From Microbotryum violaceum (Eukaryota), in the NCBI GenBank assembly GCA_001244265.2, contig CDLV01000012.1, positions 992,001 to 1,056,000 on the forward strand: DNA of 64,000 nt. Direction: 5' to 3'. Numbering within the stretch: the first letter of the stretch is position 1; each line of letters begins with the position of its first letter. The translations under genes were made by a program, and so were the position numbers. Positions 37,894 through 49,749 of this stretch are shown piece after piece. The notes beneath the pieces were generated by a model that saw nothing but the letters and a program-made list of their open reading frames with translations, was not told where the DNA came from and ran no database searches.

Positions 37894-39067
37894 TTACAAC
37901 CTAGCTCGCTCCCACCGCCCCTTGACCGGGTTCAAGCCAAACTCCTCCCAAAACTCTCTCGAATCGAGCGCTCGACCGATCACCTCGGGCGTCCGGGGAA
38001 GTGCTCGCACATTGTGCTCCCTCAACAGCTCCCTCACCCAATTACCGGCATCCTTAACCGCCTTTTCTGCCGAAGGTTCAGCGGCCCAAGCCGAGGCAAG
38101 ATCCCACCAGTCGTACACTCGCAAGTCGGTCAGAAGGTAACGGCGACCAAGGAATCCTTTTGACGACTCCGGGCCCTTAGCGGGCTCTGCAGCAGGGACG
38201 CTTGAGCTCGACATCGAAGGCGATAGATGGACTGCAATCACGGCTCGAGCAACGTCAAGGCCGTGGATAAAGTGTACCGAGCCCTTGGCCCTGAGCGCTG
38301 CCTTGGACGGAGCAATCCTTTGAAACCAATTGGCCGGGTCGCGCGTGCCGCCCTGATTCAATGAACAAGAGAACAGTGAGCGAAGGGAAACTTGTAGAGT
38401 ACAGCTACGTCTGGCTCGTGGCTTGAAGACTTCACAGCCTACACGACGTACCCACAGACCGCACAAATTGAGCACGAATGCATCGGCTCGGAGCGAAAGC
38501 AGTTCGTCCTCCGCGATCGCCCTCGGGTTGTCGGTCGCGTACTCGGAGTGCCTCGTCGTCCATTCAAACTTTTGGCCCTTCGAGTTGACCGCTGACTTTT
38601 CATTTAAGCTGCCGGATGTTTGCGATGCTGCCGCCAAGGTTGGTCCGCCCTGTTATGTCGCGGTGGCGAACCGGGGCGATGGCGCTTAGCTCAGCCTCTC
38701 GCTCGCGAACTCCTGAGTTGCACAAGTATGCGCCCACACTCACGTCATAGATACCAGTACTACCCAGCTGAATCCACTTGACCGATCCATGCTCCTGTTC
38801 ATACCCTTCCACCAAGCGCTTGCTCATCCCTTGCCCCTTGAGCGGGAACACGATCAACACCGTCTTGGCCCTTGGCAGCGCATCGTACTGCGTAGCGTCA
38901 TCACCCTCACTATCCCAAACCCACTTCAATGTCCTGTCCCGGCCATCGCGAGTCGTTGCAACGTGCGAGATAGACGAGTCCTCGAGTAAGGGCTTGAGAA
39001 ACGTGTAGGTCCACCCACCGCCGAGAACGAGCAGGTCGACGGAAGTGTTAGAGGAGGTGAGGGACAT
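37894..39067 (-). CDS. NAD(P)-binding Rossmann-fold protein (atypical SDR / YeeZ-like)
   Basis: VDLLVLGGGW, ATTRDGR, WIQLGSTGIYD, LNLCGLW, VHFIHGLDVARA, RRYLLTD; two introns. Confidence 0.8.
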
Positions 39068-39169
39068 CGTCTTGGGGGTGAATAAGTCCACTAAGTGTGA
39101 GAGGCACTGCATCAAAAGAGTGCTGATGTGTAGGTTTAGCGGAGGGGTGAGAGGCCAAGGCGCGCCTCG

Positions 39170-39196
39170 CGCATGACGCGCATGACGCGCATGACG
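39170..39196. repeat. 9-bp tandem repeat CGCATGACG x3 in a promoter region
   Basis: Directly visible; contains TGACG bZIP half-sites about 100 bp upstream of the Rossmann gene ATG. Confidence 0.75.
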
Positions 39197-39625
39197 AGCG
39201 CCGGGGGCGATCGCCGGCGATCGGGGGATTATACGATCGGACGCATGTGGGGGCACTCCTGTGGGGCGGGCGGCTGTGATGTTTAACTTGAAGCTGGAAG
39301 ATTCGCACGCCGAGGACTGTCTACATCGCCATATATTGCTTATAGGCAGTCAAAGTCACCTCATGAACTGCATATCGGAAAGCATGGTGTTCTAGAATTC
39401 TTGAGCCACAACTGTATCTGCTTGCAGGGTCAGAATCTGACCGAAGTGAACGCATGACTCGGATCCCGCAACCTCGCTTCGAAAGTATAGTAATGACTTT
39501 GTACATTGATGATTAAATGAAGCCTGAACTAATATACATCAGACGGCGGCGCATACGAAGGCTCGGTATGCTAAACTAGAAAAACGAAACAATTCTCAAT
39601 TGTTATTGTGGGAAGTTTGAAACAT

Positions 39626-40421
39626 CTAGTACGATGTGCCGGTAAGCGTGAGCTGGCCACGGATAGCACCGGCGAGGTAGCTGGCGGTGTGGGTGTCGGT
39701 GAAGAAGCCGGGAGGGTTCTGCTCAATCTGGGCAAGTGTGAAGTTCGTTCCGGTCTATAAAAGGAAGGGTATGGCATCCTGGTCAGCACACTGCCTGGTA
39801 GACAAGAACATGTAGGGTGCACCAGCTCTAAAAAGTTAACGGCTCACGTCGGTTCCGTTGGGAGTGAGACCAGTGGTGAAGGGCCCTTGCAGGCAGCCGA
39901 TCGAGACACGTCGACCAAACTCATCGATAGGCGAAGTGATGGTAGGATTGGGGAACGCGATCCTAGGGGGGCCGTTGCGGCCGTAGACAGCTTGGTGGAT
40001 GTGGGTCGCCGTCTTGGCAGGTGAGCTGTAGTTACCCGAGACGAACACGGTGATGTTGTAGCAGATGATCTCTTGTCGAGCGTTGATACCGTAGTTGAAC
40101 CATCCGTAAGCTCCGGACTCGCCAGGAGTGGGGGTCGAGTTCGCGTTGACACTGTTGGGTCCAGGAGAAAACGGGCATTAGCGAGCGACCTTAAGCGGCC
40201 GGAGCCTGCGTGTGGGGAACTCACACTTGATCAGGCGTGGCATACGCAGAGTACGTCGAAGTGAAGTCAAAAACACCATTCGAGATATACTGGCTGTTGG
40301 GCTCGTACACCCCCTTGCCCGAGTCGTGGCTCTTCTTGCCCTTGCCGTCGTTCTCCGGCACAGGGGCCGCGAAGGCGGAGAGTATGGGGAGCACGGTGGC
40401 GAGGATGGCGACGGTCTTCAT
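39626..40421 (-). CDS. secreted CHRD-domain protein
   Basis: Signal peptide MKTVAILATVLPILSAFA; ICYNITV, TATHIHQA...NGPPRIAF, GCLQGPF, FFTDTHT...GAIRGQL; two introns. Confidence 0.85.
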
Positions 40422-41594
40422 GATGGTGAGTGGTGTACGAGGGAATATGAGGTGAGAAGTGATGAGAAGGAAGCTAAGCAAGGTGAGTCCGAGGAAGGTG
40501 TAAACGATAACGACGAGACGGTACTGTGTAATCTTGAGGCCAAATTGGGGAGCAAGGCAGAAATGTCGTCATGGGGACCCGAATCATACGACGGTGCGAT
40601 GCAGCCAGCAAGCAGTCCACGGAGGTGAACCCAGAGAGCTGTGAGCAAACTGATGTTGCCAAGGAAATACTCCAGGTGCCGAGGGGCCCTCCGGCACCCC
40701 GCCGATGACAGCGGACCTGCTTCCAAGGGCCGATGGCGCCTGCAGCCAATGCTCTCTTGAATGCGAGGTTGACGCGCCTCACGTCACCCGACTTGCCACC
40801 CACCGAGCCCCTGATTATCGAGCGTGTTCCCATCGCCAACGAGCTGGAAATATTGGAAAGTTGGTGGACTGCCGAGTTAACATGTTGCTGCCAGTAGCAT
40901 GTGCACAGACTTGATGTAATCCGAATGCATACCGACTACAAATTAGTAGAGCGCGCGGGCGGGATCGGTCATAGGGGTCGTCGCTGGAAGTGTCCAAGCC
41001 GCCCAAGCTTTGCCAAGCCGATCAAAACCCAGGCGGATCGAACGACCAGGCGTGCCTGGGCGCTGCCAGGTCGAATTCGCTCACGGTGCGATCCGCAGCA
41101 GCAAAATTGGCTCCTCTTGCTTAATTAAAACGTGCATAATTCTTCTGCTGCAAAGTGACTTGGGGCCCAGCTCCGTAGCGCACGGTCACAAAGCGGTGCA
41201 CAATGCTTGTACGGTGCACGTGCGAGCAGCAAGCGCAACCGGGAGCCTCGGGCAGGCGGCTAATCTTCACGGCAATCTTGTGCAAGGGGGGACCATTTAA
41301 CTCGGACATGAAAATAAGGCGCAGACCCAAAGTGGGGAGATTCCATCAGGTAGACATACTTGAACCTCTCAAGATAAAACATAGCTTGCAGTTTAGCGCT
41401 CTCAACTGGGCTCGCCGCGCATCCAGTTGAGTGGAGCGGAAGCTCCGATCGTTATATGTGTACGGAACGGAAGAGAACCCGAGACTACTAGGTGGAACCT
41501 GCCCGAATGGGTTCATCCGTTACACAGTGCTTGTTCATCCGACCAAGCAAAACACAAACTCATGCGAGGTCAATATATCCTCCCAACCTATCGA

Positions 41595-42781
41595 TCAGGA
41601 TCTCGGACCGCCCCTTCGTTTCCGCCCTCGCGCGTTGGGCCCCACACCCCGGCCCCGCCCCTTCAGGTCAAATCTCGGGCCTGACCGGGGCATCACATCC
41701 CGTACCGAGAGTTGAATAGAAACAGTGCTCTTGATTCTGTTCTGATAAAGTAGGTCATCGTCCTGCACAATGCAGCGAAGACGCGATAAATCGATGGCGA
41801 TTGCATTAGTGTCGTCTGTCGAGGATCCCCGCCAGCTCCGGTGAATTCCGATCAGCATACCTCGTCTTCGGGAGTGATCTCATCAGATACCTCGACGCTG
41901 CCGGTAGTCACTTCCATCTGTACGCTGCTCATTTCTGCATCCGATGATCCACCAGGCAAGGCGTCGCGGATCGCGAGCCCGAGCGACAGAGCGAGAGGGA
42001 TTGCTGCGCCCATCCCATGTATCGACAGGCATCGACATCTGAGCGCAAGAAATGTAATGTGTATCAACACCGTCTCAGCTCACGTAACCAACTGAAAGCA
42101 GAGAGGGGGGCACTGAAGCGAGGCGGACGAGACTGACCTGCGGTCTCTGAAGGCACCCACACCTCTCTTCAAGTAGCCTCCAATTCCCAGCCCGTTCTTC
42201 AGCTTGACCCAAATCTCCTCTTCGTCTTTTCCATCATTCAGGTCCTTAGATGGACCACTGATCTTGGCTCCCGACAGTGTCGACCCGAGCCGCACGGAAC
42301 GGCTAGGAGGAGGTCGAGCCCCGGCAAGACGTCGTAAGGTCCCGGCGTGGACTGGTCGTTTTGACGGAATTGGGGGTGCCAGCATGGATATGGTATTCGG
42401 TGCTGGAGTGAGGTTGACGGGAGCTGCATTCGAGGTCGAGGTCGACGCTACGGGTGCGCTGGCCGTCGAATGCAAAGGATGTCTTCGATCTGCTGGAGGC
42501 CCTTCCACCTGCTTCTCCTTGCCTTTTCCCTGGTTCTTTCCCTCGGTTTTTTCTGTGCTTCCAAGTCTATCCTCTCCCTCCTTCTGGCCACTGCCAATGG
42601 ACTCGGCGACACTGCTTATGCAATCCGCAAGTGAAGCAGGCCGTGCGAGCGAGGGCGACGGTCGATCCTCGGTTAACTTGACCTTCTTATGTCTCCTGCC
42701 CTCTTCCGATCGATCCGAGGCCTCAGATTCAGTTCCCCGTTCCTCCGATTGTCGCGGTGCTACTCGCTTCTGCGCCCCCAT
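41595..42781 (-). CDS. POP7: RNase P/MRP subunit Pop7/Rpp20 (Alba-like) with a long disordered N-terminus
   Basis: IWVK...GGYLKR|...LSIHGMGAAIPLALSL...VTTGSVEVSDEI..|..QNRIKSTVSIQL; RG-rich tail. Confidence 0.72.
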
Positions 42782-43590
42782 GCCGGCGATGTGTGAACAG
42801 AAGTGGATCGGCGGGGTGGAGACCGTCGTGCGCCTCAAGTTCGTGGAGCTACTGTGGAGCTCGGAGCTCGGAGCTTTGTCGGCAGGAGCTCACCCGGCCG
42901 GGTTTCTTACTTTGATATATCCCTCGTCACGCGTCACGTGACACAAGCTGGGTTATAATCGAGTTTTTGAATCGCTCGAAATTCGCGACATTTATTCCAC
43001 GCATTGACGTCCTTCTTCCCGAAGGATTATTGCTCCAAATTCAAGACATTTATCTCACGCCTCGACCTCACTCTTGCAGGTCATAGGAATTCTCCGCTCG
43101 ATCGCCCATTGTCGATGACCATCAGACGACATGCACGCGTGAGCGGCTGTCAAAAATCGGCGCGTCCGCATACGTTGAGTGGTGAGTTGTGGAGTCGTGA
43201 CTTTAGAACTCGGAAGCTCTCAGTCTGGCTCGGGTAGATTTCGATCAGGTTTCAACTCGCCGCTGGCGTCGCTGAGAAGTCATCAAGGCCTGATGGAAAA
43301 AATAAGCTATCAGTGGGCGATGTCAGACAGGCGCTACTCCTTTGGGATCTTTCAGCTGCCCAGCCTGGATAGTAAGGTGGCCATGAAGTTGGGGAATAGG
43401 TACCGCCCGAGGTCAGTCGATGCGTTTTCCGGACCCAAGCTTCCGGCTGCTCTCATTTTCCCGAATCCCGATCACACCATTCATTTTCCAAACGCCGACG
43501 GGCTCGACTCTCGAACTTAGGACCCCGTTACCCCGTTAGGTGTCGGGCGGAGGGAACCCGCGCCCCCGTCGTCGTTGTACCGCCGGCGCC

Positions 43591-44290
43591 CCCCGCCGGA
43601 GCCGGAGCCGGAGCAGGGCCGACTGCCTCATCACCGGGATCCGGCGCAGCCAGCACCACTCAGACAGGACCAAACTACCGGCTGCCGGGGCCCGACGCCT
43701 TCTTCAACGTTTAACCCCGACGGAGATCCGCAAACTCGGCGATACCCAAGCAGGCGACTTCGACTGGCGCATCTTCCTTGAAAAGGTTGATGTTCCCCAA
43801 AAGCTCTGGCCGCTCTACAAACCTCACCAGATTGGCGAATACAAAAGCGTCCAGCGATGAGCCCGCGGCTTGTTCGGCAGACTTCTGGGCAATCCACTTG
43901 TGGACCACCGTCACTTCGGAATCGAATTGCGGCAAGACCTCATCCAGCAGCGAAAGCGGAGGCAGTTGCTCGCTCGGTTCCGAGTGACCATGGTCGACAG
44001 TGTGTACAGCCGTCCAGTCAAGCACCATCTGCTCGACGCTTTTGTAGTCGCCAATCTGGTGAGGTTTGTAGAGCGGCCAGAGCTTTTTGGGAACGTCAGC
44101 CTTTTCAAGGAAGATGCGCCAGTCGAAGTCGCCTGCTGGGGTATCGCCGAGTTTGCGGATCTCCGTCGGGGTTAAACGTTGATGAAAGGCGTCGGGCCCC
44201 GGCAGCCGGTAGTTTGGTCCTGTCTGAGTGGTGCTGGCTGCGCCGGATCCCGGTGATGAGGCAGTCGGCCCCGCTCCGGCTCCGGCGGGG
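43591..44290. repeat. ~265 bp inverted repeat (arms 43591-43855 and 44031-44290, ~175 bp spacer)
   Basis: Same peptide QRLTPTEIRKLGDT.AGDFDWRIFLEK.DVP.KLWPLYKPHQIG.YKSV on both strands; arms differ by scattered substitutions and small indels. Confidence 0.92.
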
Positions 44291-47200
44291 CGAGCCCGCG
44301 GCTGTTCGGCCACAGGCTCAGGTCTAGCCGAGAAAGCTTGGAACTCTTCGCAGAGCTTGGACTGTATGTTCAACATCTGGGCAAACCTGGATTCCATGTG
44401 CTGTCGGTACCTGCGCTCATCCTCGTCGTAGACATGTGGCAAGAGGTCGGGTCGCTCGAATGCTTCCCTCTGGGCGATGGCGAGAAGTTGCGGCAGTCGT
44501 CCTTCATCCAAGCGAGCACTTCATCTCGATGTCCGGTGTTGAACAGAGGCAGGTTAATGAACAACGGAATAGATGGGATCCGTTGGTAAAGGCCCGCCAA
44601 ATGCTGAAGTTACCCAACCCAGTTGCTAGCTGAAGGTAAGCAAGTCGCCTCTGTTCCCGGTCCAAGCACAAGTAAGCGCCGCGTTGCGGAAAGACTGACC
44701 ACGATCAAGTATGACCTCACGTCAAAGAGCAGCTTCAAGTGGCGCCAAGTAGCTTCGTCGAGCTGTCGTCCATCAAGCGCTGTGTGGGTCTCGGTGTCGG
44801 CGATTGCAGACGCAAGATTGGGCTCACAAAGACAAGGAAAGACCAGGCGCCGGAGATGCTCGGGCGCTTGAATGCGCAGCCGTGGCACCACGTAAGGTTC
44901 ATCGCGCTTGAAGCCAGCGAGCGCCAAGACGCCCTGCAACGCATTGAAGCCACCATATTGTCAGGATTTTCAAGCTCTGTTTGATTGCCCTGTGAAATGA
45001 GAGAGGGAAACTCACCGGTGATGGCATGGGGTCCATGTAGATCGCGGCGCAGGTCATTGCATTGTCCGAGTCGCTTGATTTCGTCGGGTCGACAACTTGA
45101 GAGAGGCAGTGCAAAACACGTCAGTTGCGGTGAGACTGTGGGGCAAACTCCAGAATAGACGTACCCCATTTCCTCGAAAATCCGGGGCTGGTTGAATCTA
45201 GCATAATGCCCGGCCTTTGGCGAGATGATGCCGGCGGCCACTTTGAACTGGTCCAACACTCGCCGATCGTTCTTGCGTCGGGAGCCAACGCGACATTTGA
45301 CTTGATGCCAAACAAAAAACAAATCTGCCGCGGCGTGCCCAGAAAAGAAATGAGCTCTACAGGAATTATTGAAAGGGGTGAACATGAAAGGGAGGAGTTT
45401 GAAACTACAAGCCGAATTGTTGCCGGATCGAACCAGGCGATCTCACGGAGGAGTTCGCCTTCCGACTTATAACTTGCCGCTTCGGACTCCCTGGCGTGAG
45501 TGAAAAAAGTCGCCTTTGTGTCCGCCTTCTTCTTCTCCCTTGGACCTTGCTCGGTGGTCTCGTCGCTCTCAAACGCAGTGAAGGAGTCGTATTGCCAGTG
45601 CGAGTACACCATTAAAGCTCCAATGGGGTATAGCGCGGACCATTTGTGGAGCACCATTCCGTTCACATCTTTACCGCCCTATAAATTGCAGCTCTAAATC
45701 AATCAGTAATACTTCCTGCAGTTCTACGAGGACCTGCGAGGAGCAAACAGCACGGAGTACTGACCTCTTTTCGAGCATTGTGGAGATGCTTTGATGACAC
45801 CTGAAAGACCGTCATGCCCCGTTGTGTCGCAGCTTCCGGCTGATCTTCGGCTTCCCTCACGATTAGAATGCGATCTCGCTGAGACGATAGGTTGAGGTGC
45901 CATGAGGCCATGTGGCACAGGTGAATAATCCCGACGGTGTTTCCGCGCGCCAATGTGCCCACGCCGGTCAAGACCATGGCACACCGCCTGGCCCAATTAC
46001 CAACTACAGTGATGGAATAAAGAGATTTTGACCGCTCAATTACTATGACCGACCCACGGAATCGTCAACCGACAAAGTTAAGCCAGACGTACATTGGCAT
46101 CGGCCCGCGGTGTTTGCGACCCTCAAATACGAAAGGGAGGCCTCCTAATGATCCTTCAGAGTGTAAATGCCGTGCTCTGCCGGAGTAGTCTTGAGTACAT
46201 CGTTGTCGGGATCGCTGTCAAAAGTACAAGAATGCGCGAGGACCATTAATAATGCGACAGACAGTCTGCCCCTCTCACCCGGGAGAAAAGCTGAATCCTG
46301 TGCCCCGGCCCGCCTTGTTGACGGCTTGTACAGCTGGTTCAAGACCTTCAAAGTGGTTTTGCTCCAGTGCAACTCGTCTGGACTCGGCTCGGGAACGCCC
46401 CGTGCCGCCTCTTGCCGTGCCTTAAAGCGGTTGACCATCGTCAGATGGAGCTTGATGGTGTTCTGAGGCAACAAATGGGGAGCAGTAAGTCTTCGTCCCA
46501 AGGCTGATTTATTGCTTGACCCAGTTCTGAAGTAGGGAATTGAACGGTCAAAGGGTGACTGACTGCAGAGTAATACAACTTAGTCTCAACGCGTGGGCTT
46601 CCGATGAACTGCATGTAGTCGAAGATCCGCTTTCCATCAATCCGATCGAAGCGACCCGGCTCCTCAAAGTCTTGTGCGGCCATCCAAATCTGCCCCAAGC
46701 GAGAAGGCGTTGTAAGCAGCAAAAAGGGTAGCCTGCACAGCGCCATCCCATTCCGCCCTGATTCAAATGACACAGAACTTCCTGAGCTGTTGACGCTCTG
46801 ATTTGGCAGTGTTCAACGGTTGCCCCGCATAGAGTGCATGTTAATTCTCGACGCGCAGCTGGCGCAAGGGATCTTGGGATGCTGCGCAAACATCGAGGAC
46901 CGAGGAACAACGGACCGCACTCCGCCAAGTCGCCGGCCGCTGCACCGACCGATCAACTCACCATCCGGGCGAGGCTCGAACAATTTTCTGGAGAGTAAGT
47001 CGCCGAGGAGTTTGAGGCGCAGTTGTTCGGCCTTGTGCTCCTTGCTTTCGGGCCTTTTCTTCGGCGCGATGGGACCGCGAGCGCGGACGTTGCCGTCGTC
47101 GTCCATTTCGTCGTCGTCGTCGTCCTCCTCCGACTCGGCGTCGCTGCTTACCCCATTCTCCCCGCCGGGAACTGACCCTGAGCCCCTCCCTCTCTATAGA

Positions 47201-47900
47201 CGAGATTTTGAAATATATAAACATAGCTAGTCAGTACCACATCCCACATCATTGACCACATCATTGACTCCGTTCGCTCGAGCGTTCAAGGACAAGCCTG
47301 GTTGTGGTTGCGGTTGCTGTTGTTGTCGCTGCTGTTGGTCCTCTAGTTTTTCGTGTTTGTCCTGGTGGTCAGAGAGCTAAAATTGTTGCTGGTAAATTCA
47401 AGTGGTCTAAGGAGGCGCCAAAGTCTCTCGGTCGTCAGTTTGCGATTCTGCTTGACGAGCAATTAGATTTCGGCGTTGGTCGGGCAGCGACGGCGGGGGT
47501 CGACGGCGTGGGTCGACGGCGTATCTTCGGCTTCCCGAACCCGTAAACTTCTGCATACTCAATATATCCTCCAGAGAAAAGGCATGTAGGGTCGATCGCG
47601 TGCCAAATCTCTTGAACCGAGCGATCCATTCTCGTATGACCCTCGGCTTGCTCGTTCCGACGGTGAGTAGCCGATGCGGGTCGGCTTCTTCGAGAGCAGT
47701 GGCGGCTGACGAAATTCGAGCGAAGGTCGCACCCGCTGGATTCGAGTGACTCGACGTCGTCTCGCAGCGCCGATAAGAAGCGGGAAAATTTTCCGCGCCT
47801 TCGAACAGCCCACCAAAGTTGGACCGGTCGACCTTGAATGTATATACACCCCCATGGCCGGAGGTCTGTCCTGACGAGCATGAGACGGGGGCGCAGTGGG
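43856..47900 (-). mobile_element. degenerate Crypton-type (CryptonF/Ndc10-domain-2-like) tyrosine recombinase element, intron-containing
   Basis: Spliced remnants: NTIKLHLTMV...RQ, TPAEHGIYTL, LARGNT (R), LHKWSALYPIGALMVY, KAGHYAR (HxxR), IKRLGQ[W]...AAIYM (W, Y), LAGFKRDEPYVVPRL..APEHLRRLVFP, PSIPLF..PLF, and GCR1_C-like SVEQMVLDW...PPLSLLD. In-frame stop 46145-46147; frameshift ~45053. Termini not defined. Confidence 0.78.
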
Positions 47901-48471
47901 CCTCGGGCTCACGGCGGGGGGGCGAGGGCCAACTTGAAGCCTGCAGCATTCAGCGATTCCATGAGGAAGTGGATCTGAACAGTTGGCGCTGTCTTATTGT
48001 TCAGACCAGACCAAAGTAGCTAGTGATTAGATTGGGAGCTGATGGGGGTTGGATGACAGCGGACGGAGGGAGACGGGCGGTGCGACACGGAGGTTTGCGT
48101 CCAAGAGCGGGGACCGGGAGGCCCGATCATAAATTGCAATGCGGTCGGGCCACCGCGCCTGCAATAAAAAAGACGTTAAGAGGACGTGCCTGTTATGAGA
48201 AGCCTTATGAGAACATCCATAAGGTGGTTTATGAGACGGTCAAAGGTGATCACCTTTTTGGAAAATCGACTGGGTAATAAGGAGAGCAGAAGCCTGCAAG
48301 CCTGAAGGCCTGAAGCACGCAGACGCGCAGACCGCGATCCCGGCCCCGGCCGACCGACTTCGCCGCATACTATGGTATAGGCGATACCTGCTCTTTACTC
48401 GACACTACAATAAACCCCTATTGAACAGGGTCATGTTAGCATATCTGCACGTAGATATCATGCACTGGAAG

Positions 48472-48520
48472 CAAGGGTCCGCATTAGATCTGATCTGATC
48501 TGATCAGTGATCTAATTAGC
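48472..48520 (+). mobile_element. solo/truncated terminus of the hAT-like MITE family
   Basis: CAAGGGTCCGCATTAG followed by (GATCT)n, matching the TIR and subterminal repeats of 10442-10801. No partner TIR seen. Confidence 0.8.
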
Positions 48521-48753
48521 TGTGCCCTGCGCCTCCGAGTCCAGCCTCCCGCTACCCTGGTCTGCGCTTCAAAGTTCGACCGGAGGGAGGAAAATGTCCA
48601 AAAATGAGGTGAGCATCGACCCATTTTGAGCCAAAAATGTCCAAATTTGCGGGCCGCCTCTGGCTGGGCTTTCGGGGGTCCTACGCCCTCGCTCGCGCTC
48701 TCTTTGAGCTCTCGTACATCGCGCACCGGCACGAGTCCAGCCTCCCGCTCAAG

Positions 48754-49693
48754 ATGAGCTCTATACAAGCGCGTGAGCGTCAATCGAAGAAAGAAACCCA
48801 AGCGCTGTGAAGCACTGATTGCGATCCACCTCAAGATAGATTTGCCTTCGGCGTCCCAGGGCTATCTGCCGTACTGGATGATATTCGTTTCGTCAGTCAA
48901 CCCCACCCCACCCTGCTCCGCTCGCGAGACTGGCGGCTCTCGCAAGTCACCACAGATTGACATTCACCATCGCATGCTTGACTGTCGAACAACAGCTCTC
49001 TAGCCTTGTTCAACTCGGTTCAGAACTTTTTCACGACGTCCTTAACCCGCCGCATCTACGCTCGGTCACCCGCTTCCGGTCCGTCAGGCCGTCAGGCCCG
49101 AGCACGTGTCCAACTCCTCGTCGTTTCACAACCCCTGATCTCACGTCGCTCTCTTGCCTCTCAGTCACGCCGCTACAGGCCAGGACATTCGCGGTCTGGA
49201 CGCTGGCCTCCGCTGCAATCCGTATCTATGCAGCCTACAACATCTCGCTCAAGCCGTAAGCCCGGACACCCAACCCCCCCAAATATAGTGCCACGGGGTC
49301 CTTCGTGCTTCATGAATGACTGCCAAGTCTATCGGCTCTGACTCTATGAATCTCCGAACAGGATGTACGAGCTCGCTCTGATCTCGTACGTTCTGGCACT
49401 TGGCCATTTCGCACTCGAATGGCTTGTCTTTCGCACCGCGGCGTTGGGAGGAGGTTTGATCAGCCCCTTGATCGTCGCATGTACGTCGGCGTGACGTCGC
49501 AACTCCACCAAGCGCAAGAGCTGACGTGATTGATTATTTCCGCCTTTGGTTCAATCAGCAACGTCATTGATCTGGATGATTAGGCGTGAGCTCTCAGACC
49601 ACTCTGCGCGTTCAACAAATCTTTCTTTCATGAAGTACGGACTGATCCTGCCAGATCTTTTCACCAACAGAATACGACCACTACGTCTCTTAA
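48754..49693 (+). CDS. ERG28: ergosterol biosynthesis protein Erg28
   Basis: GYLPYWMIF|..FNSVQNF...|VTPLQARTFAVWT...IRIYAAYNI|MYELALISY...HFALEWLVFRT...SPLIVA|STSLIWM; many short exons. Confidence 0.9.
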
Positions 49694-49749
49694 TTCTCGC
49701 TCAATAAACATTTCCAAGTAGTGTATTGCCATCAGGATCAAGATCCTAA

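Noticed and set aside
43856-47900. Starship captain (DUF3435) or DIRS-type retroelement
   Set aside because: The motifs fit Crypton/Ndc10-type recombinases. There is no RT/RNase H and no cargo, and the flanking genes are housekeeping.
10442-48520. Giant composite hAT transposon bounded by the two TIR-bearing loci
   Set aside because: The 48472 end has the same orientation as the 10442 left end and faces away from 10801, and there is no shared TSD.
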